Shown here piece after piece: positions 11,211-24,409 of a DNA stretch of 64,000 nucleotides. Source of the DNA: Octopus bimaculoides. Its lineage: Eukaryota. Position 1 is the first letter of the stretch, and each line of letters starts with the position of its first letter. The DNA is taken from assembly GCF_001194135.2 (NCBI RefSeq), contig NC_068981.1, positions 79,967,500 through 80,031,499 on the forward strand, given 5' to 3'. The notes beneath the pieces are model-generated. The model did no database searches, was not told the origin of the DNA, and was given only the letters and a program-made list of their open reading frames with translations. The translations under genes and the position numbers were made by a program.

Positions 11211-11689
11211 ATATTTGATATCAGAATTGTTAAAGCATCAGAGGGGAAATATCTATTTGTATATGGTGTATTCAAATTCCACCAAGGTCAATTTTGCTTT
11301 TCATCCAGTAGATTGTACTAAAGTACTGAGGATTGATATAGGCAACATATTTAACTAAACACCAGTATGATAATAAAGCCAGATTCATAATCATTTTCAC
11401 CATCATAATTCTTTCCTCCACATTATCAGGCAGAATAACTGGTTTAAATGCAAAAGGATTAATCATAATTTTGTGATACACAAGTATGGTGAATAAAACA
11501 AGGTACATTGTTTTCAAAATATTTAACTTCAAAATATAGTTTTTTTTTTTAAACTTTTCATGCACCTGTAATTTTTATTTCACTTCCAGTGTACCACCAA
11601 GTTAAAAATGTTGAGAATCATTGGCTTAGACTAGATGCTTTGCTCTCAAATAAGCCAATCCAGTTGATGTTATAAGATGGGATAATTCA

Positions 11690-12035
11690 CTGCTATGGCT
11701 TAATGGTTAGAGCATCAGACTCACAAGCATGAGGTAGGGAGTTCGATTCCTGAACCAGGCTGTGTTGTGTTCTTGAGCAAGATGGTTTGTTTCATGTTGC
11801 TCCAGTTCACTCAGCTGTAGAAATATGTTGTGACATTACTGGTGCCAAGCTGTATCAGCATTTGCCTTTCCTTTGGATAACATCGGTGGCATGGAGAGAG
11901 GAGGCTGGTATCCATGGGTGACTACTGGTCATCCATAAACAACCTTGCCTGGATATGTACGTCAGAGGGGAACTTAAAAGGGGTAATCCCATGGTCATTC
12001 ATGACTGAAGTGGAGCCTTTACCCTTTCTAAGCAA
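11690..12035 (+). mobile_element. Long tRNA-derived SINE (family C)
   Basis: A box tggcttaatggttag, B box gttcgattcc at 11741-11750, then gtgttcttgagcaaga..gttgctccagttcactcagct. It is collinear with 28495-28832. Confidence 0.85.
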
Positions 12036-12532
12036 TAGAATCATGATAATTACAAATGTTTTGTTACTTTATAGTTTTTTGTCTAAATTCCACAATGTCT
12101 GTAACTCATAGATATTCAAGGTCCCCCATTCTACTTTATTCCAAATGAGGCTTATAAAAATAATGTCTACACAACTTGATTTTGGTATTCACACACATTA
12201 ATTGTATATAGCATGTATATTTACAGAAGGAAAAAAATAAATGTAATCTGGAATAAATATTTTTTGTTATTTCATAACTGGAATTCTCGTTTTATATTTT
12301 CATTCAATATTTAATGCTTACATTCATCTCCTAATATTTTCAATTTGTCTCTAATCAAAATAATTATTGCACAAGTTATGGTGAAGTACCACAAATAATA
12401 TAATTCTGCTGAGTCAATTGCAAGACAAGAGTCTGGCTACAAAAGTCCAGTTCATTCTTTTGAAAACTAACTGAAAAGTTGTAACAGTTCTATAATCTGT
12501 AATAAGATGAGTGATAAAAAAAAAATGCTAAA

Positions 12533-12660
12533 TACAAAGTCTGTCTGAAAAGTAAGAGGGCTGGGGTCACAAACAATTTATTTCAATTTCAAACAACAAT
12601 CTTCATGGTTTCCCCTTCAAAGTAATTCCTCACGGGTCTAATGCAACGATTTCTTGTTGC
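12533..12660 (-). mobile_element. Mariner 3' end relic
   Basis: TA followed by a TIR-like caaagtctgtctgaaaagtaa. The minus strand has ggaattactttgaagggga, which encodes the mariner C-terminal YFEG motif. Confidence 0.5.
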
Positions 12661-14884
12661 CTTTTGTCAGTTTATTTACAGTTTACTCTGTTAGCCTCTA
12701 GTTCTTCTAAGCTTACTCACAAGACAAAGGCCTATGTAATCCTTAGGCAGGGAAACTGGTTTATGTGACATCAGGGCTTGTCCACAAATATGTACAAGCT
12801 AGCTTTTCTGTAAGTTCTATATGCCTTAGCTATAAGCCCATCTCTGCTATTTGACCCGTAACTGTAGCCCTTGACAAGTACTACCATCCCAAGTCAGAGC
12901 AGACCTGAGGATAGTAGTAATTAAGGAGTAACTCTACTCTCTCCCAAATTTCTGAACATCTAGGCTGGAGTCTCACCACCAGATGTAGTTTAATTTCTTG
13001 CCCAGAACAGCTATAATTTACCAAGAGAAAACAGGCTGGGCACCATCATCATGATTATCATTTTAATGTTTTCCTTTCTTTTCCATGCAGGCATAGCCTT
13101 CACAAGTTTTTAATGTATCATGTCATTCTCATCTGTTTGGCTTAATGTTCTTAAATCTGCTCCAATTATTTCTCAGTCCTTTCTGAGTCTACTACTATCA
13201 TGGATACCTTGGACTGCCAAACTTAGGGGAAAAAAAAGTTCAGAGAGATCTCAATACTCCAGATGTTTCAATCTAATGATCAATGAATATTTTATTTGCT
13301 CTGCTCAAATTGAACAGGTAAAATTAATCACTATTTTCAATCAGTACAATGATATCTCAATGCTAGTACAATACTATGTCAAACATAATACAGCCCTCTC
13401 ACTCACTTTTTAAACTTAAATTTTGTACATTCAGTTATAATGCTACCTGTGATTTAGATGTTCATGCTTTGTATTACATTTCTTATATCATACACAATTA
13501 AATATAGTATGTATATGAGTAGAAACATTCATTAACTGGTGATGAGTCTCATTGACTTTAGACTACTGGGGAAATTAAGAGTTTAGGTACTAACATGCTC
13601 TTGAAGAGTGTTAATGATTGAAGTAAGGTGAAATTGTAAGAACTGAGAGTCAAAAGCCAGGTTATTTTAAGCTTACTTTTACTGTTTGAAATTTGCCTTT
13701 TAGAAAATTTTTAAAAAGTAAAGAAAAAAATAGAAAAGACAGCAATTAAAATGTATGAAGTATTTTGTTAGGCCTCCAAATTAGTTGGTTGTTTGCAATA
13801 GTGGAATATCATGTGAACACTTGACAACTTGTATCTTTTAAATCTTTATAAAACTCAGTGATATAACCTAGAAATGTCAGCTGGTTACTCTATTTCATTG
13901 TATACAAACTATTATAATAGCAACAAAATTAGAAAAGATTAAATGTATGTCTATTCTGTCTTTAATAGTAGTCTAATGGTTTGTATACGGAAATGGCTTC
14001 ATATTTTTTCTTTGTTTCTTAAATACTCTTTCTTCATTCATTGTCATGTTTCATATCTGTCAGAATTGTGTGTTGGCAACAGGGTCATCCTCTAACCTTC
14101 CAGCAATCAGATTACACTATCAAATGTAATGCTTTTTGTTCATGTTGTTTTAAATTAATCATGCAAAATGCCTGATATAAAATTTAAAATACAAAGCTAA
14201 CAATCAAGGGGGAGGTTTATCTCACATTCCTTTAAAGTTGTCAATTCTGAAATTAAATATTAAATTCAATTAATCCTTGTAATTTGCTCGAAGATTTTAG
14301 TGTTTTTCACTTTTCTCATTTTATTCTTCACAGATGATAAATAATTTTATTTTTAAATGGAATAACACGTTACAATGGTACTAAATATATATATAAACAA
14401 AATTCTGCACCTTCTTTTTCTAAATATTCACCAATCCCATAAAAAATACTGTTACCTCCATCAGCAGTTGAAGATAAATATTATCAAAGCTTTATACATA
14501 TCCTGTCCAATATTAAAAACCAACCAAGTAAATATTTATGCCAATAAACAGAATGTCCTCTATGTAAGGCAGCATTTAAATTTGTTTTGCATTTGATAGA
14601 CTTAGGGAACCCACAGTAAATTTTGTCAGAAAAGAAGACAAGATGGTTATGACTTGAACACTGGTCAAACAATGTAGGCTCTTCAGAGAGGAAAATATTT
14701 TTTTTAACATGCAAACATCAATGGAATTTGACCAAAGCAAGGTCTCTACACGAAACAAACTCTAAAATGCATAAAAGGATAAGTGCTTTCCAAAATGTTT
14801 ACTCAAATATAATCAAGCAACAAGTAATGGACTTCACAAAAACCCCACATTCACATGTACACACACACACACTGCAGAAATAGT

Positions 14885-15390
14885 AGTAATTCTTTCTGCC
14901 ATAAGCACAAGGCCTGAAATTTAAGGAGCAGAGGGTAGTCGAATACATTGACCTCAGTGTTTGACTGGAACTTATTTCATTGATTCCAAAAGGATGAAAG
15001 GCTCAGAATGTTAAGATGGACAAAACACTGCGCAGCACTTTGTCCAGAGAACAATTATAATGACAACAGCAATGGTAATGCAAGAAATACCATTATTATC
15101 TCCCTTCTCAATTTCAGAGCTTGGCAAAGAATACATTAGAAGAAAAATCTGAACATTTCAGGCACAAGAATACACGTTTTAAACACAATAAAAACATTCT
15201 AAATACTATGATGGTTTCAAATTTTGGCACAAGGCCAGCAATTTCGTGGGAGGATATAAGTCAATTATATCGACCCCAGTGCTCAATTGGTACCTATTTA
15301 ATCAACCCCAAATGTATGAATGGCAAAATCGACCTTGGCAGAATTGGAACTCAGAATGTAAAGAGCCTACAAAAATGTCACTAAGTATTT
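14885..15390 (-). mobile_element. Two degenerate family A SINE copies (~14885-15045 and ~15215-15390)
   Basis: Both contain ggcacaaggcc..gaccccagtg..tggtac(t/c)tattt and the (g/a)aatt(t/g)gaactcagaatgt block on the + strand. Confidence 0.7.
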
Positions 15391-15994
15391 AGTGCTCCAT
15401 ACAATAAAGCATAAGTGTCCGACAAAACAATTTTATAGAGTTAAAAGATTTCATCATTATATGCTATATTTATGTCAAACCTGTTTAAGAAATATTTTTG
15501 CTGTACAGGACACCAAATCTCCCAAATTACACTCCAATAGGATGAAACAAGTCATATCACAGTGAGTATGATATGGTTGTACCTTTTGAATTATAATTAC
15601 AATCCACCCAATGGACTTCTGTGCTCCCAATTTCACTAACAAAGGATGACATTTGTTCATAATACAATACAGTGGGATCAAGCCCAGTACCTTGCAGTTA
15701 TGAAACTTCTTAACCACTTGGCTATATCATTCCTATAAACACAGTAGTGCATTGACATTCAGTAAAATAATTAAAGATGCACTTTACCAAAAATAAAAAA
15801 AAACACACCCCACAAGTTAATATAAAGATAATAAAAGGCAGGAACCTCAAATATAGTACATCAACACCACAACACAAGTGAAATATATATAAACCATAAA
15901 AAATAGAAAGTTAGAAAAAATTGCATCAACACAGACCAACAAGAAAATTGCAAAGTAACTGTATCTAGAGTAATTAGACCATTAGCAACGGTCA

Positions 15995-16330
15995 CACCAT
16001 ATCCCATATTACAACTAACTAGCACTCTGTTGGTTATGACAACAAGGGTTCCAGTTGATCCGATTAACGGAACAGCTTACTCGTGAAATTAACATGAAAG
16101 TGGCTGAGCCCTCTACAGACATGCATGCCCTTAACATACAGGAAGATTCTGCATGACACAAAATGTGACAAGGCTGGTCCATTGAATTACAGGTGCAACT
16201 CATTTTTGCCAGCCAAATGGACTGGGTCAATGTCAAATAAAGTGTCTTGCTCAAGGACATAACGCACCACCGGGAATTGAACTCACAGCCTTATGATCAT
16301 GAGCTGAATAACCTAACCACTAAGCTACTT
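15995..16330 (-). mobile_element. tRNA-derived SINE related to family C
   Basis: Minus strand reads gcttagtggttagg..gtgagttcaattccc..gtccttgagcaagacactttattt. Confidence 0.75.
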
Positions 16331-16939
16331 ACCTTCACAATATAACAAGAGCAGCTTCAAATGACATTGCCATACTCGAAATCAACGGTCTGGTAGAGTA
16401 GCTTTGACTGAGGACACACACAATGAGGTCAAAACATCGCATTGTCTCAGAGATCGCTTACATCATTGAATCATGTATGTTATGAACACACATTGTCAAA
16501 AGAGTTGGGGTATTGTCTAATTAAGGAAAACAACAGTGATTAGATATTCAAGTTCAAATATACCAAAAAATATCAATAATGAATAAATAGGTTATCAGAC
16601 ATTACTCAAAAATTAGCCTAAACAGTTATTTATTCAGTTTTCTAAAACTGAGGAAAGTAAGTAGGGGTCAAATTTTGATTTTGCACCTCACAAAAATTCT
16701 AGTGACTGCACTTTCACCCGTTCCCAGGCTCACACACACACACACACACAAACACAAACAGCAAACACACACACACATGAATATACACAGAAAAAACAGG
16801 TCCATGATTTTCATTTTTTTCTTGTGTCAGACACCCATAAAAATCTAAAACTTTGAATTCACGAACATAAATTAAGATATCTAGGATCTGAAGGAATTAA
16901 ATATGCTTATCTGTATCAACAATTACTCATACAAGCGCT

Positions 16940-17100
16940 GTCAGATTTTCAAAAAGTACTGCCAAAGCAAAGTGATTGCAATTGTTAAGACTATCAAAAA
17001 GCCAATTGCAGTAATATCTCACAGAATCATTCCTCTCTTAAGCATATTCACGCATTTAGAAAGGTGGATCTTTGACAACACCAACTTGCAGAATTACCTT
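16940..17100 (+). mobile_element. Non-LTR retrotransposon RT fragment
   Basis: ORF 16903-17160 contains QSKVIAIVKTIKKPIAVISHRIIPLLSIFTHLERWI, a degenerate KVIAIxKxxK..YRPISLL..KLLER motif. Confidence 0.5.
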
Positions 17101-17441
17101 CCTTCCTCAAATAACAAGACACATGACACATTCAAACTATGGCATTCAGCTCTCACATAACTAACAAACTTAACACAGGGGGCTTCAACTACACACCTCC
17201 TATGCGCACCATTCTGACTACCATCAACACCTACAAAACTTTCAATTTCACACTCTGCTATACTCAATGCCATAAACCCCTGCTNNNNNNNNNNCTTTCG
17301 TTGAATGAATTATGGTGACCGCCTAATATGCCACAAAACCCTTTTTGTGGTCCATTTTCAAGTATTTATTGCTGTTTTTTTTTATAGATGGTGGTGGTCT
17401 CAGGTTGTGGAGCCATCTAATGATGACTCTGTTCTGAAGGC

Positions 17442-17760
17442 TGTAACATCATTTGATAAAGGAATCCATAGAACAAGGCTGAGACTTTAAATACCTTTAC
17501 TCTTGGTCTCAAATATATACAAGTTAAATAATAATGGAAAGAGTTTGATGTGTGGAGGCCATGCTCATCTGTGTATTACCTCTTGTCTGCTAGCTGGCGT
17601 GTGTTGTACAAGAGCCAGCTAGGTCATGTTTTCACAGTCTGGTATCCCGTCGCAAAAGAGGAAGTGCCAGGGCTTAGTGTCCGAACCTTAATGCTGCTTG
17701 CGCCATCTGGTGGCGAGCTGTTTTAAACAACTGACGTCAAGGGAGGTAACTGCACCTACA
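17442..17760 (-). repeat. 3' LTR of the Gypsy element (~319 bp), preceded by a polypurine tract at 17761-17773
   Basis: Minus strand: ctaAGGAGGGAGc is followed directly by TGTAGG..., and the LTR ends ..TGTTACA at 17442. The left boundary is supported by alignment to 23382-23688. Confidence 0.7.
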
Positions 17761-20700
17761 GCTCCCTCCTTAGACCAGAATCAGTCGAACAAGAGTAAAG
17801 TAGTCGAAGTACATGAGTGATAGGAGGGCACAGAAGAATGAAACATGGCAAAACAGTTGTGTGAACAATGCAAGAGTACAAACTTAGAGGAAACATGCAG
17901 GAAAATGTCTGTTCTTGTAGAGAACAATATGGCAGAACATTTAAAAAATATAATGCAAGTATGTACAAAGAAAAAACGTTCAGCAAAGAAAGGTGTCCAA
18001 TCAAATAGAACAAAGTATATATGTACAATGATGCTCAGAGAGAGAGAAAATATGAATGCGGTATCTAATAGTCTATTTAGAAATGTAGATAGCCTGAGAC
18101 AATTTAATTTCTTCAGCCAATGAACCGATCTACCAGAACGTGTCCTGTAGGGTGAAGAATGCATTTGTGTAGTTGGTGTTTTGGTGAGTGGAGGTGGTGC
18201 TTGTGGGAGTGGGGGTGGCAGTGTTTGTGGAATGATGGGTGTGTCAGCAAGTGGCATAAATGTTTCGGAAAAGGCTTTCTTTTTTACTCTGTCGATGGAA
18301 ACAGTCTCTTTTTCTCCATGAATGTCCACCGTAAACAGTTTTGGTGTGCTTCTAAGAACGTGATAGGGACCAGTGTAGGGAGGTGTGAGTGGTCCCTTGA
18401 CGGCATCATTTCTTACAAACACGTGAGTCCAAGTAGAAATATCCAGAGGTACTGTAGAAGAAATAGACTGGTCGCGAGGAAGCATTGGTGGAAGGTTAGC
18501 AAAGAATCACCTGAGTCGCGTGACGTAAGATGTGGGATTCACATTCGGTAAGTCGACAGGCGCCAACATTTGTCCAGGAAGTGCTACGGTGATTCCATAC
18601 AGGAGCCCAGCAGAGGAGTAGTCTAAATTCTCCTTGACAGCTGAGCGGTACCCCAGCAAAACAACGGGGAGAAACTCGGACCAACGATGAGGATCAGGAG
18701 CAGCACGAATTGCTGCTTTAAGCTGGCGGTGGAATCGTTCCACCATTCTGTAACTTGTGGTGTGGATGTGCTGAACTCTGAGCAATCTCAAAAACTCACG
18801 GAATAGACAAGCTTCAAATGGGCGTCCACGATCAGTGGTAATCCTAGAGGACACTCCGAAGCAAGATATCCACCCAGAGATGAGTGCTCTGGTGACTGTT
18901 TCCGCGGAAATGTCAACAAGATGGATGGCTTCAGGTATCTGGAGAAATGGTTGATGCAGGTCAATATATAAGTAAATCCACAACTGGCCGGCCAAGGCCC
19001 AACCAGGTCAATGTGGATGTGACAGAACCTGGTGTCCGGTAGCTGGAAGTGCCCAAGAGGTGCTCTCACGTGATGATGCACCTTGGAACGCTGACATGGT
19101 AGACAGGCACATGACCAAGCAGTAATAGATCATCGCATATTCAGCCAGAAAAAGCGGGCCGAGATAAGCTTTACTGTGGCCGCAATGCCGGGGTGTGACA
19201 GTGAATGCAGTGCTTCAAAAACAGCACGATGGCGATGTTCAGGAACGAGGGGTCGGGGTGACCCGGTAGAAACATCGCAGAGAATGGTTCCTTCAGAAAA
19301 AGGCAGAGGCAGGTGTTCAAACTTGCAGCAGGAAAACTGTGGTAAAGAGATGTCTGGAGAGTCCAAGAGGGATGGTCAGTAGCCATAGCAACCAAATCAG
19401 TCGAAGCAGCAGGCAAGATAAGGCATCGGCAGGGATGTTGTCAGTGCCAGTAACGTGGCGAATGTCACTAGTGAATTGTGATATGTAGTGCAAATGCCTT
19501 GTTTCTCTGGGTGAGTACCGGTCTGTTTTTGCAAAAAGAGCGAACGTTAGCAGTTTGTGGTCAATGAAAATCGTGAAATCTCAACCTTCAAGAAGATGAG
19601 AGAAATACTTCACCGCTAGATAAATTGCTAAGTGTTCTTTACCAAACACTGTATCTCAGTTCGGCAGCTTTCAACTTGCAAGAAAAGAAAGCCAATGGCT
19701 GACTTCTGTTGTTGACAGATTGCTCTAAAACTGCGGCAATGGTGGATGATGACGTCAACAGTGAGTGATAATTTTGCATCTGCAACAGGATGAGCAAGGA
19801 AGGATGCTTGCGCAAGGTCAGCTTTGACAGATTCAAAAGCTTGGATGGCTGTAGGAGACAGCATTATCGGTGAGTCTTTTTTCTGTTGATGTTTTAAAAG
19901 CTGAGTCAAGGGAAGCAACTTCTCCACACAGTTAGGAATGAAACGACAATAACAATTAATTAAACCAATAAAATTTCTGATCTGTTTTAAGGAGGAAGCG
20001 GACGAATACTGTTGGCGTCAATGAGATGCCCCAAGAATTTCAGACTGGTAGAACCGAATACACAGCCAGATTGATCTTCACATCATAGGAACGTAGGCGC
20101 TTGAACAGTTGGGTTAAGTGTCAGAGGTGCTGGATTGCAGTACCACTGGCGTTTAGAAGGTCATTGACGTGTGCGAAGACAATGTCTAATCCACGAACGA
20201 CCTCATCAATGAACCTTTGGAATGTGCTGGCCATATTGCGAAGACCAAACAGCATAGACAAAAATTCAAACTCTCCAAAAGGTGTGGTGACGGCTGTCTT
20301 TGTAATGTCGTCAGGGTTGACAGAGATTTGATGGTATGCGTGTACCAAGTCGATTTTAGAAAAAAATCTTACAGCCGTGCAGGGCAGACGAAAAATCCTG
20401 CACATTTGGTAGCGGATAGCGACCCAGAATAGTGACAGTGTTAAGACGTCTAAAATCTCCAACCAGTCAGAAATCAGCTTCATTCTTCCTGGCCATGTGT
20501 AAAGGTGCTGCCCATGGGCTTGTGGAGGGACAAGTACGGCCCAGCTGGAGCATGTGCTCGAATTCAGCCCGGGCGATCCAGAGTTTCTCTGGAGACAAAC
20601 GGCGCAGTCGGGAAAAAACTGGCGGTCCCTCAGTTGTGATGAAATGTCTCGTGGAATGGGCTGGATTCGACAGATGAAATGAGAAATCAGTGGGCTCTGG

Positions 20701-21310
20701 AAACGAAGTGAGTAACTGGTGGTAAGAGTCACCTGAAGCAGCCACAAAGAAAGAAGGCCTCACAACAGGAACAGAAGAATCTTTTCGGAGACGGCGAGTG
20801 AGGTAGTATCATCAATAAGCCGGCGTCCTCCAACGTCCACAAGGAGAGAATAGTGATGTAAGAAGTCAGCACCAAGGATGGGATAGGGCAGGTCCGCAAT
20901 GACGAAGATCCACTTGAAATCCCTACAGAGTGATAAATCCAGGGTAAGAGAAAATTTGACCATAGGTTTTAATGGCGGAGTGATTCACCGCATAAAAAGA
21001 TATGTCGGAAAGACCAGGATTGGTGGAAGTAAACCTTCGAGGCCAGATACTCACGCTGGTACCCATGTCCACCATAAAGGACTTTGAAGAAATGGCATCT
21101 TGGATAAAAAAAAAATGCACGGTAAGGTGAATCAATGGGAGAGACGACTGGCATACACAGCACCTCCCATGCTAGTTTCCCTGAGAAGTGTAAGAGCAGA
21201 GCTGTGTATACTTTTCGTCATGGTCCTTGAGTTTCCTATGGTACCAGCAAATTGATGGAGCAGGATAATCTATAATAATCCCAGATTGCAGAATAGATTT
21301 GAAAGCCAAA
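17442..21310 (-). mobile_element. Decayed Ty3/Gypsy LTR retrotransposon (gag C-terminus, protease, RT, RNase H, integrase, PPT, 3' LTR); 5' part missing
   Basis: Gag knuckle ICWYHRK..YTQLCSY..GN* at 21172-21255; protease FMVDMGTSVSI; RT WAAPLHM..K, FSKIDLVHAYHQI, TPFGEFEFLSMLFGLRNMASTFQRFIDEV; RNase H LTVD..LAFFS.KL..AE.RYS; integrase zinc finger H..SHPG..C..CQ; core HIHIDLVGP, ITTDRGRPFE, VERFHRQLKAAI; C-terminal LTPPYTGPYHV. The domain order PR-RT-RH-IN is Gypsy-type. Many frameshifts. Confidence 0.95.
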
Positions 21311-21313
21311 TCC

Positions 21314-21429
21314 ACTTTCCCTTTGCAATTTTTGGCGCCGTAATAGGGTAACTAATGCGTTTCATTTTTGTGGAGAGAGAGAGAGAGAGAGAGANNNNNN
21401 NNNNNNNNNNNNNNNNNNNNNNNNNNNGT

Positions 21430-21460
<31 letters not shown>

Positions 21461-21619
21461 AGAGAGATTGAGTGACGAAGTTTACCTAATCTTTCAATGG
21501 TATAGCAATATATTATATCATATATATCATCATTGTTTAAACCTTCTCTCTCTCTCTTTCTACAAGAATGAAATGCATTAGTTACCTAATTACGGCGCCA
21601 AAAATTGCAAAGGGAAAGT
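21314..21619. repeat. Foldback inverted repeat (~80-bp arms including GA/CT microsatellite)
   Basis: actttccctttgcaatttttggcgccgtaatagggtaactaatgcgtttcatt.. at 21314 is the near-perfect reverse complement of ..aatgaaatgcattagttacctaattacggcgccaaaaattgcaaagggaaagt ending at 21619. Confidence 0.9.
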
Positions 21620-22005
21620 AGATTATTATATATATAACCTAACTCTAAAACCCTAACCGTAACCCTAAAACCCTAACCCTAACTCTAAAACCCGAACCCT
21701 AACCCTAAACCAGTACAAACGCACGAACGATGTCATAAATAACAGTGAAAAAGTAAATTTACACCACCAGAACGTCTTGTTGACAAACCACAGCAGTAAT
21801 TGTTTTCACCTCAATAGACGTCATTGATTGATTGAAATTACCGAAATACGACAACTTTAACACGAAATAGCTTCGAAAATAAAGAATTTTCTTTAAAATG
21901 CCAAGAGTAAATGATGTTTTAGATGACACATTCTACCAGTATACGAAATTTGAAAGTGTTTAGTTACAAAAAATTATTTTTTCTACGTGCCAGCCAAAAG
22001 GAAAA
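21620..22005. mobile_element. Partial MITE with degenerate (CCCTAA)n tract; shares an arm with 27316-27861 and 23770-23975
   Basis: Shared blocks are ttgaaatta(c/t)cgaaata.gacaa and gtatacgaa(a/g)tttgaaagt. Confidence 0.6.
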
Positions 22006-22099
22006 AATCCGGTTCCAGACCTTTTAAGGTCTAGCCACTGACCACAAGACACTGCCAGTTCCAGCGACAACACCACCACGCGCTGAAACNNNNNNNNNN

Positions 22100-22689
22100 A
22101 GCATTGCGGCAACCTTCGTCTTCGTCGCCACCATCATTTCTCTATGTACACAGCTCAGCAAGCAACTCATCCAGGTTCCAACGGTTCATTGTGAATTATC
22201 TCACTACGGATCAACTGCGAATACACAACCTGCATGAACCCCTGTGCAAGTGACCCAGGCAGCAGCATCGCAGCCACGACTTCACGTACGACATGTACCT
22301 GTAACCGGCTCAGCATCATGGCCGCGACTTCTTGATACAGTATTTCAACTACCATGTACTATTGACTACGAACTGATATTGTCTTTCTTGTGTCTATGAA
22401 CTTACTTCTCACTTCGATGGCTATAGACTCTTTAACTCTCTCCACGCGCATACATCTATGCCTGCACACACGCACACATACATTTTGTTCTCATGACTGC
22501 CTGTTTATTATTCTGTATACATGACGCACACACAGGTTAATATATCAATAAATGTACTCTTGATCATTTTAAGTGGTTGTGTCTCTTTTTCCATCTGGTA
22601 CTTATATGTACTATCCAATTTCCTTTTTATTGTAACGGTCATGTGATGTGGTACTAAAGAGTCATTCTCGTTACCTCACGCCACACGGC
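22100..22689. repeat. Unclassified LTR-like repeat, related to 30560-30995 (opposite orientation)
   Basis: Shared collinear blocks (gactcttt..cacacac..gcctgt..ttatt..caataaat..ggttgtgt..ctgg..atatgt) and a CA terminus at 22689. Confidence 0.35.
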
Positions 22690-23381
22690 TCCTGACAAGT
22701 TTAAAGATTTTATTTATCTTAAAGTACCTGACTGGGTCATAAATCCTTTATTTTCTTATGTTGCTTCCACTCAACCAAATTTACATGAAAAAAAATATTG
22801 ACTTAAAAAGTGAATTCGAAGTTCAAGTATATTTTCAACAGCTTGGTTATGAATCATTCTGGCCCAAAATGCAAAGAAATCCCAACTTTGGCAAGAAATT
22901 AAATTATTGTTCATTGCTTTCCTTTCTTTATATTTAATAGAGAAAGGACACAATGTGGTGTCGTAATTTCTAAGTAACGAAATAAATCTAGAATAAGTCA
23001 CAAAGGGAACTTATGACTTGACTAGTATCGAACCTGATACAGAAACTAGTTAAATCTTATCAAGCACAGAGTAGCCATTAACTTGCAATGTATAAAGAAA
23101 ATTTACAACTTTTGACTTTATTAATTTTTTATCATTTCACTGTTAAAAGTTTATGCAATCCATTTTTTTTTTTTTTGTTTAACAAAATTTATAAATTATC
23201 TTCCATGCTAAGTTAGTTCAGTCGTGATGCCTCACTCGCTACTTAAGTTGGTACCAGGCATAACAACTACTTAAAAAAGGGCGTTACAAAAAAAAAAAGG
23301 TCAAGAACCGTTGCCCTTTTAGATGGGTTGCAGGTCGTTATTGAACTACCTAAGACTCCCAAGAAGGCTGTAATTTGGTTG

Positions 23382-23688
23382 GTAGTAATCCCTGATGGAA
23401 AACACATACGAGCAAGGTTGTCTTAAAACACTTTTTATTTGTGGCCACACGTACACGTCCAAAGGAATGACAAACAGAATGGTTGGTGTGTAAAGGCCAT
23501 GATCTTCTATGCTTTGCTCCTATCTGCTAGCGGGCCTAAGACAGAGCCAATCAATTTACATCCTCATAGATTGCGTGTTCATGCAGAAAAGAAGGTGAGG
23601 TCTCGTGTCTGAACCTCAATGTTGTGTAGCGCCCTCTCTCTGTATAGCCAGCTTATTTACCCCTGTCAAGTGGGGTAATACGCCTATA
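23382..23688 (-). repeat. Solo LTR related to the Gypsy LTR at 17442-17760
   Basis: Collinear similarity over ~300 bp (gtgtgt..ggccatg, tctgctagc, agagcca, gtgtc.gaacct.aatg.tg, tcaag.g.ggtaa..cct aca/ata), but strongly diverged. Confidence 0.6.
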
Positions 23689-24049
23689 CCCTATATAGGA
23701 TAACATTTTTTTCTACTGTCTGTATGTGTATGATTTTGTGAGCTCAGTAGGATTAGTGTGGTTTAGTGCGACAACTTATGATTTCCATGGACTTTCTCCA
23801 ATGCCAGACCATACAGAATCTTTGATAATGTATTTTATATTAATTCGAAATAACTTCGAATATAAAATTGTTTCTCTGTTTTATAAGACAAAATATACAA
23901 GTATACGAAGTTTTAAAGTGTTTCAGTAGAAAACACACTAAATAAAACATAAATAAAGAATGGCGCCCGCCAAATTAGAAAGATCCGATTTTTATCGCCG
24001 GAGATAAAGCAGTCAATGCTTTTCGACATACTCGCAGACNNNNNNNNNN

Positions 24050-24116
<67 letters not shown>
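24050..24116. repeat. (CA)n microsatellite
   Basis: Pure CA run after a short N gap. Confidence 0.95.
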
Positions 24117-24118
<2 letters not shown>

Positions 24119-24409
24119 TACGCGTTTGTAATTACCCACATATTTTCGTCTACTAACTAAATCAAAGGAAATAATCTATTGCCTCTTTAGCGACGTCAGC
24201 TCTTATGAAGATGATGAAAAGGGATGTCCACAAAAGGGATGGATGTGAAGAAGGTTTTTTTTCTTTTTTGTTAAAATTATTGTTTTCACTGTCTACAAAC
24301 AGTGGTTGAGGCGAGGAACTGAAATTCTAACTGGCGGGGGCGGGGAGTTAAGCACACCATAGCCCCCGCATGGTTATGTACCTGCCCGGAAGCTATCCTT
24401 CAGCTGACA

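Noticed and set aside
11690-11760. tRNA-gene-like A and B boxes here and at 28500-28560 and 16270-16330
   Set aside because: There is no complete cloverleaf and each continues into a shared SINE body, so they are SINE heads and not tRNA genes.
14375-14760. Overlapping short ORFs with a CPLCK or LRR-like look
   Set aside because: The frames are interrupted by stops, there is no consistent splice phase and no recognisable domain.
16400-16445. Possible third hammerhead (ctgaggac..gaggtcaaaacatcg)
   Set aside because: Stem II does not pair, GAAA is altered and there is no convincing stem I.
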